A stretch of DNA of 64,000 bases from Macrostomum lignano (Eukaryota). This document shows, one piece after another, positions 34,693 to 45,690 of the stretch. Each line of letters opens with the position of its first letter. The stretch's first letter is position 1. The notes beneath the pieces are model-generated. The model saw only the letters and a list, made by a program, of their open reading frames with translations, did no database searches and was not told the origin of the DNA. Position numbers and translations under genes: made by a program. Location of the stretch: contig NIVC01001659.1 of the NCBI GenBank assembly GCA_002269645.1, positions 186,001-250,000 of the forward strand, in the 5' to 3' direction.

Positions 34693-35217
34693 CCGAATGT
34701 TTGAATTATTTGCTCTTAAGTTCCGCGGTGATTGCAGCACTGTGCAACGTCTGTGTTAGGCAAAAACCCTACTGAAGTATTCGAGTATCTTTGTGCTGAT
34801 TAAACTAGAGCTCATTTAGCTATTCTTGCTTTTTATCTATGCAGCACGTACACTTTAATTTGTGTTTAGGGACTTTCACTATGCCAACCAGATATATATA
34901 TATTAAACGTGAGGTGCGTCATATTTCATTGCTACAGCACTAATAACTTGCATCGCTTCAATGCGCAAAGTCTCGAGAATTTGACAACTCTGGGTTTAAA
35001 GGAATCGTGCTGGGGAAACCCGGCCGGTGCATCAGCATAGCTTGGCTTTTCGACCAGGTTTTGGCTTCAGAAGTCCTTGGGTCTGAATTATGCAGTCTGA
35101 AGCCATTATGGTACTTGTGTGTTGCACTATTAAAAGGGAAAATTCTGAGTGGCCACTTGAATGTGTTTGTAAATATATTACCTACGAGTATAACCAGGTA
35201 GCACAGTGTTGAAATAC

Positions 35218-35437
35218 AGGTAGCACAGGCTGCTGATACAGGTGACTCAGGCTAGTGATGCAGGTGACTCAGGCTAGTGATACAAGTAACTCAGGCTAGT
35301 GATACAGGTAACTCAGGCTAGTGATACAGGTAACTCAGGCTAGTGATACAGGTAACTCAGGCTAGTGATACAGGTGACTCAGACTGGTGATACAGGTGAC
35401 TCAGGCTAGTGATACAGGTGACTCAGGCTAGTGATAC
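35218..35437. repeat. 22-bp repeat (gtgatacaggtaactcaggcta), about 10 copies, upstream of Lunapark
   Basis: Directly visible. Confidence 0.93.
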
Positions 35438-35551
35438 AGGTGGCATAATGAAAACCTTGCCGCTGCATTCATGCCTGAGACTCGGTGCCTTGAGATTTCG
35501 AATTCGCGCCCTTTCGACCCGCCGCAGTGAGTGCAGAGCCGTGAGTGCAGC

Positions 35552-36754
35552 ATGGGCCTGCTGCTCAGCTACTTTCGGCGGCCCAAGGACTCGGTGGCCG
35601 AGCTGGAGTCCATCGAGGCCCAGCTCAACCGCCTGGAGGCCTGGCGCCAGAACCAGCTGCGCCTGCAGAAGCGCCTGCTGGGCTACCTGCTCATCGCCTT
35701 CCTCATCGGCTACCCCAGCGCCCTGGGAGTGTACTATGTCTACTGCCTGCCCGTGGCCAGCCGCCTCACCCAGCTGCTGCACGTGGCCGCCTTCGTCTTC
35801 GTGCTGCCGCTGTTTTACGCGCTGCGCCGCTTCCTGCTGTGGATTTTCGTGCGCTCGCTGGCCGGCTGCGAGGCCCGGGCCAGCCGCCTGAGGGAGGACA
35901 AGCGGAAGGTGCTGGACCGGGTCATGGACACCGAGACCTACAAGCGGGCGAAGGAGATCCTGGACCGCTTCGATCCGGACCGGTTCAAGGCCGAGTTCCA
36001 GCAGCCGCAGGCTCCGGCCGCGGTGAAGCCCGGCCAGTTTTTCGCCAAGTCATCGCTGGCCAAGCGACCGCCGCCTCAGCAGCAGCAGCCAGCGGCGCCG
36101 CAGCCCCAGCCGCCGCAGGGAGTCGTGCTGCGCAAGCTGTTGCCGGCGCCGAATCAGCAGCAGCCTCCGCCGCCGATGCAGCAGCAGCCTCTGCCGCGGC
36201 CCCAGCTGCCGCGGCCTGTGCTGAGCCGCGACCGCTCCGCCATGGACCGCATCATCGACCTGCTGGTCGGAGACGGCGCCGACCGCCGCTACGCCCTGAT
36301 CTGCCGGCGCTGCTGCAGCCACAACGGCATGGCGATGGCCGAGGAGTTCCCGCACCTGGCCTGGCGCTGCGCCTACTGCGCCTACCTGCACTCGCCCAGG
36401 CAGCCGCTGCCCAACCCGCCCGTGCTGCCCCTTGGCGAGGCGTCCCCGCAGCCCGGCCGGCCGCAGTGGCAGTCGCTGACGGACCTCCGGCCGGCTGCGT
36501 CAACTTCGGCGGCTGGGGCTGGCGGCGAGGCCGGCCGGGAGGACTCGTCGTCTTCGGCAGCCTCGACTCCCGCGGCAGCAGCTGCGGGCGAAGCCGCGGA
36601 CGCCGGCGAGGTGAACGGAGAATCCGGAGACGCTGCGGCGGCTGACGCTGAAGCTGCTGAAGAGGCCGAGCCTGCCACCGGCCAGGAGGTGCGCCGAAGA
36701 GCTGCGGCGGCGGCTGGAGCTCCGGTCGGGGAAGGAGGGGAGGACGCCGCGTGA
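35552..36754 (+). CDS. LNPK: Lunapark ER-junction protein, single exon, 400 aa
   Basis: MG N-terminus (myristoylation-type), two TM segments, KVLDRVMDTETYKRAKEILDRFDPD, LPRPVLSRDRSAMDRIIDLLVGDG..RYALICRRCCSHNGMA..WRCAYC (C4 zinc finger). Confidence 0.96.
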   Translation: MGLLLSYFRRPKDSVAELESIEAQLNRLEAWRQNQLRLQKRLLGYLLIAFLIGYPSALGVYYVYCLPVASRLTQLLHVAAFVFVLPLFYALRRFLLWIFVRSLAGCEARASRLREDKRKVLDRVMDTETYKRAKEILDRFDPDRFKAEFQQPQAPAAVKPGQFFAKSSLAKRPPPQQQQPAAPQPQPPQGVVLRKLLPAPNQQQPPPPMQQQPLPRPQLPRPVLSRDRSAMDRIIDLLVGDGADRRYALICRRCCSHNGMAMAEEFPHLAWRCAYCAYLHSPRQPLPNPPVLPLGEASPQPGRPQWQSLTDLRPAASTSAAGAGGEAGREDSSSSAASTPAAAAAGEAADAGEVNGESGDAAAADAEAAEEAEPATGQEVRRRAAAAAGAPVGEGGEDAA

Positions 36755-37957
36755 GCCGCGGTCGGAGCCCAGGGCTATGCTGACTGGCCAGGTTTCTCTG
36801 GGACTTTCCTGGCAGAGCGGGCCAGCTCTTATCCGGCGTACGAAGTATTGTTTTCAATTTTCTCAAGGCTCCACTGGCTCCAAGGCTCTTCCGTTTCGAC
36901 GCTCGCGTAACTTGTTTATCAATGCTCAGCATCTTCCCCATCCGCCGTCTCTTCCTGGCCGCCTAGTCTTGGTTTTTCTCGGTTTTTTGCTGAGTTTTCT
37001 GCCGACTGCCGTGATATTCGGGCTAGTCGGGCACCCCGGCCGCTGTGCTCCCATCGCTGCTCTCAGTTAATCAATTACTCATCCCGAATCGGTTCATCGC
37101 CTGTTACCGGAGGAATTTTGTTTCGTAAGCACCGGTTTTTGTGTCGTCCGGCTTGACAAGCCTTGCTGTCCCTACTGTACATGTAGCTGTACCAAATGCT
37201 ATCGCAGCGTTATGACTTCACCATACTTAAACCAGAGCTGTAATGCTTACTTACTTAATTAATGAAGCACAATAAAATATTTTTCCTGCTCTATAATTGC
37301 TCTTATTGTTCGCTAAATCGTTTCGCCCTCAAAGTAAGCCCTAAGCATTTGAGCTTGTTCTGCGTTAGCTCTGTCTTTTGGTTAATCAGGTTGTCCTTGT
37401 GATGAGCCTTCAGCCAATCAGGAGGCCGCTTGAGTTAAGCTTGGCGGGTCAGTGGTAACGGGGGGCTAATACGCTTGTATTGTGCAAGGGAGCGGCGAAT
37501 AGCAACAGAAGTGAGCGCTGCTTCTCGCCAAGCGTTGGAATCGATTCGAGAGGGCCCCTCCAAAAGCCAAAGATAGATAAAACGGTTCAGGTTTGCAATA
37601 ATACGCTCTCTGTTCTCTCGATGGAATCAGACTTGAGCAGAAGTAACCCGCACTGAAATTTAGCTGTCCTGCACTCTGCACCTCGCCAGACAGAAGCAAC
37701 ACTGGGGGCGCAGTTTGCCGAAACAACAGAAATCAAAGCCTTCAAGATTGGATAATTGGCTTACGAGGACGCAGGAACACTAAATACGAGACCATGCCTT
37801 CTTTAGGCGTTTAAAATGGTCTTTAATGCATTGGGCAGATTTTGAAATCGGTAGATGAATCATAAAGTTTTTTGCGTCCTAGGAGTCCGCTAGCTCGGAC
37901 TGGCGCGCGCTTCATCAGTTATTTGCTGCAAATCGATCAGGCGTTTTTGATGGCGGC

Positions 37958-39898
37958 CTAAAAACTCGTCTGCTCCAGCTTTGGCCGGGCGGCTGGCCTG
38001 GGCGACCCTTCTTTGATCTTGCCGCCGGTCTCTCCTTTGGCGCCGCCGGTCTCTTTTTTGGCGCCTCCGGTCTCTCCTTTGGCGCCGCCGGTCTCTTCTT
38101 TGGCAAAGTCTTTGGTGCCGCCGGTCTCTCCTTTGGTGCCGCCGGTCTCTCCTTTGGCGCCGCCGGTCTCTCCTTTGGCGCCGCCGGTCTCTGTTTTGGC
38201 GCCGCCGGTCTCTTTTTTGGCGCCTCCGGTCTCTTCTTTGGCGCCGCCGGTCTCTTTTTTGGCGCCGCCGGTCTCTCCTTTGGCGCCGCCGGTCTCTGTT
38301 TTGGCGCCGCCGGTCTCTTTTTTGGCGCCTCCGGTCTCTTCTTTGGCGCCGCCGGTCTCTTTTTTGGCGCCGCCGGTCTCTCCTTTGGCGCCGCCGGTCT
38401 CTTTTTTGGCGCCTCCGGTCTCTCCTTTGGCGCCGCCGGTCTCTTTTTTGGCGCCGCCGGTCTCTCCTTTGGCGCCTCCGGTCTCTCCTTTGGCGCCTCC
38501 GGTCTCTTCTTTGGTGCCGCCGGTCTCTTCTTTGGTGCCGCCGGTCTCTCCTTTGGCGCCGCCGGTCTCTTTTTTGGCGCCGCCGGTCTCTTTTTTGGCG
38601 CCTCCGGTCTCTTCTTTGGCGCCGCCGGTCTCTTTTTTGGCGCCGCCGGTCTCTCCTTTGGCGCCGCCGGTCTCTGTTTTGGCGCCGCCGGTCTCTTTTT
38701 TGGCGCCTCCGGTCTCTTCTTTGGCGCCGCCGGTCTCTTTTTTGGCGCCGCCGGTCTCTCCTTTGGCGCCGCCGGTCTCTTTTTTGGCGCCTCCGGTCTC
38801 TTCTTTGGCGCCGCCGGTCTCTTCTTTGGCAAAGTCTTTGGTGCCGCCGGTCTCTCCTTTGGTGCCGCCGGTCTCTCCTTTGGCGCCGCCGGTCTCTCCT
38901 TTGGCGCCGCCGGTCTCTGTTTTGGCGCCGCCGGTCTCTTTTTTGGCGCCTCCGGTCTCTTCTTTGGCGCCGCCGGTCTCTTTTTTGGCGCCGCCGGTCT
39001 CTCCTTTGGCGCCGCCGGTCTCTGTTTTGGCGCCGCCGGTCTCTTTTTTGGCGCCTCCGGTCTCTTCTTTGGCGCCGCCGGTCTCTTTTTTGGCGCCGCC
39101 GGTCTCTCCTTTGGCGCCGCCGGTCTCTTTTTTGGCGCCTCCGGTCTCTCCTTTGGCGCCGCCGGTCTCTTTTTTGGCGCCGCCGGTCTCTCCTTTGGCG
39201 CCTCCGGTCTCTCCTTTGGCGCCTCCGGTCTCTTCTTTGGTGCCGCCGGTCTCTTCTTTGGTGCCGCCGGTCTCTCCTTTGGCGCCGCCGGTCTCTTTTT
39301 TGGCGCCGCCGGTCTCTTTTTTGGCGCCGCCGGTCTCTCCTTTGGCGCCTCCGGTCTCTTCTTTGGTGCCGCCGGTCTCTCCTTTGGCGCCACCAGCCTT
39401 TCTTTTAGCGCCACCAGCCTCTTCTTTAATGCCGCCGGTCTCTCCTTTAGCGCCGCCGGTCTCTCCTTTGGCGCCGCCGGTTTCTTCTTTGCCGCCTTCA
39501 TCGCTCCCAGAGTCTGTATCAGCGTCGCCAGCTGCCGGAGGCTCGGCGGCAGGTGGCTCGGTAGTCGCCGCTCGCGCGGTCATGCGGAAGAGCTCCCGGC
39601 TGGTGACGTGCTCGCGGCCTCCGATGCAGCAGCCGTCGCTGTCCTCCGCCAACACGAAGGCCCGGCAACGGTAGCAGTACTCAAACTCGTCGCTGTAGTT
39701 GTCGGGCTCCAGGGAGGGCAGCGGTCGTCCTCGGTTATAGTCGGTCGGGATCCGCCATCGACTCTGCGGCGGCTGCTGCGGCTGGCAGCACCTGCGCAGG
39801 CAGCAGCAAGCGGAATAGTAGCTGAGCAGCGCCGTCAGAATGGTTGCCACGGCAAACATTACTAGATAGTCGCCGGGAAAGTACTTCCAGTGGGCCAT
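37958..39898 (-). CDS. Orphan membrane protein: TM + Cys cluster + CxxC/CC region + about 70 copies of a 7-aa (G/K/E)ETGGAK repeat; 646 aa from Met 39898 (frame open further upstream)
   Basis: MAHWKYFPGDYLVMFAVATILTALLSYYSACCCLRRCC; YCYRCRAF..GCCIGG. The repeat stays in frame to the TAG at 37958; the unique part has coding-like composition. Confidence 0.7.
   Translation of the reverse strand: MAHWKYFPGDYLVMFAVATILTALLSYYSACCCLRRCCQPQQPPQSRWRIPTDYNRGRPLPSLEPDNYSDEFEYCYRCRAFVLAEDSDGCCIGGREHVTSRELFRMTARAATTEPPAAEPPAAGDADTDSGSDEGGKEETGGAKGETGGAKGETGGIKEEAGGAKRKAGGAKGETGGTKEETGGAKGETGGAKKETGGAKKETGGAKGETGGTKEETGGTKEETGGAKGETGGAKGETGGAKKETGGAKGETGGAKKETGGAKGETGGAKKETGGAKEETGGAKKETGGAKTETGGAKGETGGAKKETGGAKEETGGAKKETGGAKTETGGAKGETGGAKGETGGTKGETGGTKDFAKEETGGAKEETGGAKKETGGAKGETGGAKKETGGAKEETGGAKKETGGAKTETGGAKGETGGAKKETGGAKEETGGAKKETGGAKKETGGAKGETGGTKEETGGTKEETGGAKGETGGAKGETGGAKKETGGAKGETGGAKKETGGAKGETGGAKKETGGAKEETGGAKKETGGAKTETGGAKGETGGAKKETGGAKEETGGAKKETGGAKTETGGAKGETGGAKGETGGTKGETGGTKDFAKEETGGAKGETGGAKKETGGAKGETGGKIKEGSPRPAARPKLEQTSF
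38010..39500. repeat. 21-bp coding minisatellite with a 726-bp higher-order duplication
   Basis: The DFAK marker (tggcaaagtc) occurs at 38101 and 38827; 726 = 34x21 + 12. Confidence 0.95.
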
Positions 39899-40099
39899 GC
39901 CTTGAGCTGCTTGCCGGTCCGCGAGGAGGCGCTCAGGCACCACCTGACTTAAGCTGGTGAGGAGGATGTGGAGCCGCGCCAGCGAATCGAGTTGAGGCAG
40001 CTCCGGGACGGAGTCGATGGACAACAGGCTGAGCTGCTGCTGATTGACGGCTATTGGCTTGAAGTTTGACTGGCAGTCAACGCCTTATCCCACTCGGCC

Positions 40100-40600
40100 T
40101 CTGTCTCACTCTCTGTCTTTGTCTCACTCTCCCTGCCTCAGTCACTGTGTCTCACTCTCCCTGCCTCAGTCTCTGTGTCTCACTCTCCCTGCCTCAGTCT
40201 CTGTGTCTCACTCTCCCTGCCTCAGTCTCTGTGTCTCACTCTCCCTGCCTCAGTCTCTGTGTCTCACTCTCCCTGCCTCAGTCTCTGTCTCACTCTCCCT
40301 GCCTCAGTCTCTGTCTCACTCTCCCTGCCTCAGTCTCTGTCTCACTCTCCCTGCCTCAGTCTCTGTGTCTCACTCTCCCTGCCTCAGTCTCTGTGTCTCA
40401 CTCTCCCTGCCTCAGTCTCTGTGTCTCACTCTCCCTGCCTCAGTCTCTGTCTCACTCTCCCTGCCTCAGTCTCTGTCTCACTCTCCCTGCCTCAGTCTCT
40501 GTCTCACTCTCCCTGCCTCAGTCTCTGTGTCTCACTCTCCCTGCCTCAGTCTCTGTGTCTCACTCTCCCTGCCTCAGTCTCTGTGTCTCACTCTCTCTAC
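40100..40600. repeat. 26/28-bp minisatellite (ctcactctccctgcctcagtctctgtgt)
   Basis: Directly visible; the overlapping ORFs are artefacts. Confidence 0.95.
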
Positions 40601-41201
40601 CTTTCTCTCCATTCTACTCTCCCTGTCTCACCCTCTCGCACCCAGACCAGATCTTTTCATAGGAGTTTTCATTAATACTTACGGACTGTCGTTAAGATAT
40701 TTTTTAATTAGTCTATTTAGCAAACTTGAATTTGTAAAGTAGAAAAATTAGAAATCGTTAGTTTATAATTACGATTTACCGTTAAGATTTTTGTTATAAC
40801 GAGAGCATGTGTTAAAAAGTGAGGACTCTTTATTTTAACGCTTCATAGGAATTTTGTCTTACGACCATTCCATCACAGCCAACTGCATGCGCAGGTATCC
40901 TCCAGGATTCGAACAACCGACGTGTTCAGCCCGCACGCCTGAGATCAGCTTACAGCACTGAGGAAGGCGTCCCTGTCTGACACTGCATTTGTCTTGCCCT
41001 TGTGGCGTGTACGAGTGACTGTCTAACCCTGTCTGACCCTTCCTGTCCTGTCCTGTCAGTCGTGTCCTGTCCTATCTGTCCTGTCAGTCGTGTTCTGCTC
41101 TGTCTTTTCCTTTCTTTCCTTTCACTTCCACCAGCATCTCCCGCTTTCTGCACCTGGAATTTTCCCATATGTTTCCCTTCCAGTGGACCTCCGTTCCCCA
41201 G

Positions 41202-43861
41202 ATCAGCCAGCCTGGTGTACAGGCCGGTCCGTGCCAACACGTGATGTTGCTACAGGTTGCTCTGCACGGAAGGGGCATCGATCTGCAGCAGCGGCCGCCC
41301 GACAGCGAACTGCATGGCGAGTCACAGGGGTCCAGAGAAATTCCCGACGCAGCCCCGCGCCGAGACGCACATTGGCACACAGGGCTGGCGGTTTTTGGGG
41401 CAGAGAGGGGCCGGGTAGGTTGGGAAGACTTCCAGCAGCATGCGTCATGCGCCAGGATAAAACTGGCAGGCCGCGGCCAACTCCCCCAGCGCAGCGCCCA
41501 AAGCATGGCAGACCTCAGCGACACCGGCCTGCAGCGCTCCGTGGCCAGCCAGACGGACTTCCAGGAGCCGGACGAGGCCACACTGCGCAACGAACTGGCC
41601 ATGGCCGCCTACCTGGAGATTCTCAGCGTCCTTGACGACGAGCGGCAGCCGGTCTATCACGACCTGGGCGAGGCCTACGCCAATAAAGTCCTCCTGCTGG
41701 CCGCGGCGGACGAGGAGGACCGCCAGACGGAGGCAGCGGATGAAGCCGGGGATGCGGCGCTTGCGGCGGAAGCCGAGAGTCAAACGCCTCAGCCGCAGCA
41801 GCCTCCGGAGCTGCAGAGGCTGGAGAGCCTCGAATCGCAGGTGAGCGGCTGCAGCCAACAACCATGGGCAACCATGGACGGCTAAGAATGGACGCCCACT
41901 GGCAATTAAAATCACCTTCCGAATTTCAAATAGAGCAAGCATGCGTTTCGTTTGAGCTGTGCACTCAAATTATCAAGCTACATGTATATTCGCTTGAAAT
42001 GCTACTGAAGACCACGGTATTGGCGGATCCAAGGGGGTCAAGGGAGTCCTTTGACCTCCCCCTCCCGATAGTATAGTTATAGTATAGCCCTTAGTATAGT
42101 TATTACATTGCTCAAATGCATCTCAAACTCGGAGCTTGAACTCACTGGCGGATCCAGGGGTAGGGGTCAAGGGGATCGACTGACCCCAACCCCCGGGAAA
42201 AGGCTGGCATTGGAGACGGGGAAGCAAGCAGAGTTCCGCCGAAATTTCATGCAGTTGTTTCAATCATTCTGGTGCGGTCTTTCCGTTGGCGAAGAGCCAT
42301 TCAGCGCTGTGCGGTTCAGCGAACCTTGCGAAATCCCCTTCAGAAAACGTAGCTGCATTTCCAGCGCAATTCCGAAGTCTAGTGCAGAAGGCGAGTCATG
42401 TGGAAAACTGAATTTTGCACAAATTTATAGCGGCAACTCTCTTCTTTATTTTAACTTTAACATCATTAAAAACAGACAATGTAAACAAAAGTTATGAACT
42501 AAAATGTAGCAGGACCTCGACCAGACTTACAGTAATTCGACAAGTTAGCGGAAAGTAGCGAAAGTACTTTTGATTGAATGCACTCAGACTTCTTTGTTAG
42601 GCTGCTGTGACAAAGAGATATCTACATGTATGTAAACACTTGGAGAAGCATATAGCTTTTAAAGCAACAGAATATTTTAAACTGGGCTTCAGCTTTATTG
42701 CTGTTTGTTCCCTCTTTTCTGCGCTAAAATTCCTCGATGTGCATTCAAGTGTTGCTCAGAGGAGTGTGATATACACCCTTTGGGGGACGGGGGACAGTTG
42801 AGCCGAGATTCATGCTCAACTTCATCGGCTCATGGGTCTTAGCAGTCATTTACCGGAGTCATTTTGCAGCATTCACTGCGGCCAGTTACCCATTTGTCAG
42901 CTACCACTTCGAATTTTTGTTAACTTGCCTACTTACTGTAAGTCTATTCTCAAGGTCCTGCTACATTTTAGTTTATTATAACTTTTGTTTCCATTGTCTG
43001 TTTTTAATGATGTTAAAGTTAAAATAAAGAAGAGAGTTGCCGCTATAAATCTGTGCAAAATGATGTTATTTGGATCAGCAGAACAAGAGATAATGAAAAT
43101 TAACACTACTTTTTGGACTGCCCTCGTACATGGCATCCAGTAAAATCTGCACATTTTACGAGGGATCTGCGAATCGTTCCTTTCTTAAAGCGACTTTGAA
43201 GGCTGCCTTGTTGACGAAGAAAGCTTTACAAAACCCGGTGAAGCAATGCAACTCGCTCTGCTTTTTATTCAGATATGTTGCTATTTGTGTGCCGAAAATT
43301 TCCCATCTCTGCAGTGTATTTTTGCACAAAGCTGGCCTTCACAGATTTTCTAAGAAACTTCACTGCCCCGTCCTACTCCAGTCGTCCTGATTTTATATTC
43401 AATGAATTTAGCTGACGCTGTGGCCCCCTCGGCAGGTGATCGAGTCCGAGTGGTCGCTGCGCTGCAAGCTCGCACAGGTGCGCGAGTCCACCAAGCACCC
43501 CGTGCAGCGCTGGCTGGAGGGCGCCACCGCCTCCCAGGCCGCCAGCCCGTTCGCCTCGCTAGCCCCGTCGATCCGGTCCGGCCAGCAGCCGCACCAGCCG
43601 CACCAGCGCCACCCGTCCACCAGCTGCGGCAGCCGGCCCAGCTCCGTGGCCGGCCTGTCCGAGGTCTTCGTCTCCGATTCGGAGGAGGACGATGAGGAAG
43701 GCAGCATCGGCCAGGAGGCTGCGGAGGGTGGCGCCGACAGCAAGTCGGAGATGACCTTCTACAACTGCGCGGTGCACGGCGTTGAGGTGCCGGAGAGTTT
43801 CGTGCGCGTCAAGTTCAAGGGCGGCGGCGGCGCGGGCGAGGCCCCGGCGGCGGGGAAGTGA
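41202..43861 (+). CDS. Hypothetical protein, join(41202..41840,43436..43861); 5' end unresolved
   Basis: Phase-0 intron CAG|gtgagc ... ggcag|GTG; acidic/helical segments (DEATLRNELAMAAYLEILSVLDD, VIESEWSLRCKLAQVRE); in-frame acceptors at 41183 and 41201. Confidence 0.65.
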
Positions 43862-44620
43862 CCGCAGTGACCGCACAGCAGTTTCAAACTAAAAGACCCA
43901 ATGAGCGATGCGTTTTGCGCTCGTGCTTCTAGCAGTTGGTTGATGCATGCGAGGCGCATCGAAGTGCAGAGCCATCCATCGCACAGGGCTATGCCAGTAG
44001 AAGCTGCTGGCTCTGCAATCCGGTGAAATCAGGCAGGCCAATTCAGCTGTAGGCGGCTCACTGCACCGGTCTGGGCGGGGCCACCCGGGAGGGGCTGATG
44101 CTACCAGCAGAATGGGGTCCGTCAGTCCGGCTGTAAATACGGGTGTGGGTGGCGGTGGGTGGATAATGTGACCCACGCAGCGGCAGTGTTTATCCCAGAC
44201 CATTAGAAGGATTCTTAGAAAACTTCTGACCGTCTACGTCTCCAACAGAAAACGTTTTTACACTGAACCTAGCAGTTGGAATCAAGAGTTAATTTTCTAT
44301 TCCCTAAATATCTGAAGTCCCACAAACTGCTGAATTGGCGCTGCTTAAACAAATAAACTATCGCTCGCTTATCTTGGCAATGTATTTCTTCAAATATACG
44401 TGAGCAATAAAGCTTTTTATCTTAGAAACAATGCAGCGCCCGTGTCAGGGCGGTCCTTGGCTTGGTGACGACCGAGTGAATAACAGCCAAGCATTCGTCA
44501 GGTCCTGGATGCCAAATCCTAGCATGAGAATTATAACCTGTTCCTGGCTATTCGAATAGAAGCCGATGCACATGTACGCCTTCCTGGATTCTATGGCTGA
44601 CAAGGACCAGGTGCGATGAG

Positions 44621-44880
44621 CCTGAAGCGACTGGGATTCCCCTGCACCGGGGCTCAAGCGACTGGGATTCCCCTGCACAGGGCTCAAGCGACTGGGATTC
44701 TCCTGCACCGGGGCTCAAGCGACTGGGATTCCCCTGCACAGGGGCTCAAGCGACTGGGATTCCCCTGCACAGGGGCTCAAGCGACTGGGATTCCCCTGCA
44801 CCGGGGCTCAAGCGATTGGGATTCCCCTGCACGGGGGCTCAAGCGACTGGGATTCCCCTGCACGGGGGCTCAAGCGACTG
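44621..44880. repeat. 30/31-bp minisatellite (ctcaagcgactgggattcccctgcaccgggg), about 8 copies
   Basis: Directly visible. Confidence 0.93.
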
Positions 44881-45349
44881 GAGCGCTGAAGTGGCTGAAA
44901 TGACTTACTGTTTACAAAGTAACAGCTGGGAGCCGAACCTTTCTCAACAGAAAATAATAAAGATACTCAGGCGAACCTCAATTGTAGCCCTGGATGGCTG
45001 GATTATCCATCATCGATAAAATCGTCAGTGTTAAAATTTATTTGCTTATTCCAACGTGGTCTAGCTAAAGAGCAAATAATACTGTACAAATCAGTTCCGC
45101 TCGAGTACACATGGGTGAGTACATTAGTGCGGGCCAAACAAAAACATCATGCGTTACATGATCACAGCTACAATAGTAACTGTGGTTGAATAGGCTGACT
45201 GGTTGGTCAAGTGTGCATGTGTACATCTGTACCAACACCAGGTGAGCCGTCGGGGATTTTAAACCCCCTGATGATAGAGTAGTAACCACTCTCTCTCTCT
45301 CTCTCTCCATCGAGTGCGAGTCGAGGCTGGCGCATTAAGCTGGAGCCGC

Positions 45350-45680
45350 TGGCACCAGCACCCACCCAAGCCCGTCATGGCACCAGCACCCACCCCAACC
45401 AGTCATGGCACCGGCACCCACCCCAGCCCGTCATGGCACCGGCACCCACCCTAGCCCGTCATGGCACCGGCACCCACCCCAGCCCGTCATGGCACCAGCA
45501 CCCACCCCAACCCGTCATGGCACCAGCACCCACCCCAACCAGTCATGGCACCAGCACCCACCCCAACCCGTCATGGCACCGGCACCCACCCCAGCCCGTC
45601 ATGGCACCGGCACCCACCCCAACCCGTCATGGCACCGGCACCCACCCCAACCCGTCATGGCACCAGCACCCACCCCAACC
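45350..45680. repeat. 28-bp minisatellite (ccgtcatggcaccggcacccaccccagc), about 11 copies, just 3' of the DNAJC28 stop
   Basis: Directly visible. Confidence 0.93.
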
Positions 45681-45690
45681 GGTCAGCCAG

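Noticed and set aside
38013-39674. 553-aa plus-strand APPVS repeat ORF
   Set aside because: Antisense of the 21-bp coding repeat; starts at TTG with no unique domain.
42019-42200. Two ggcggatcca(a/g)gggg motifs resembling common MITE ends
   Set aside because: No matching opposite terminus or TSD identified.
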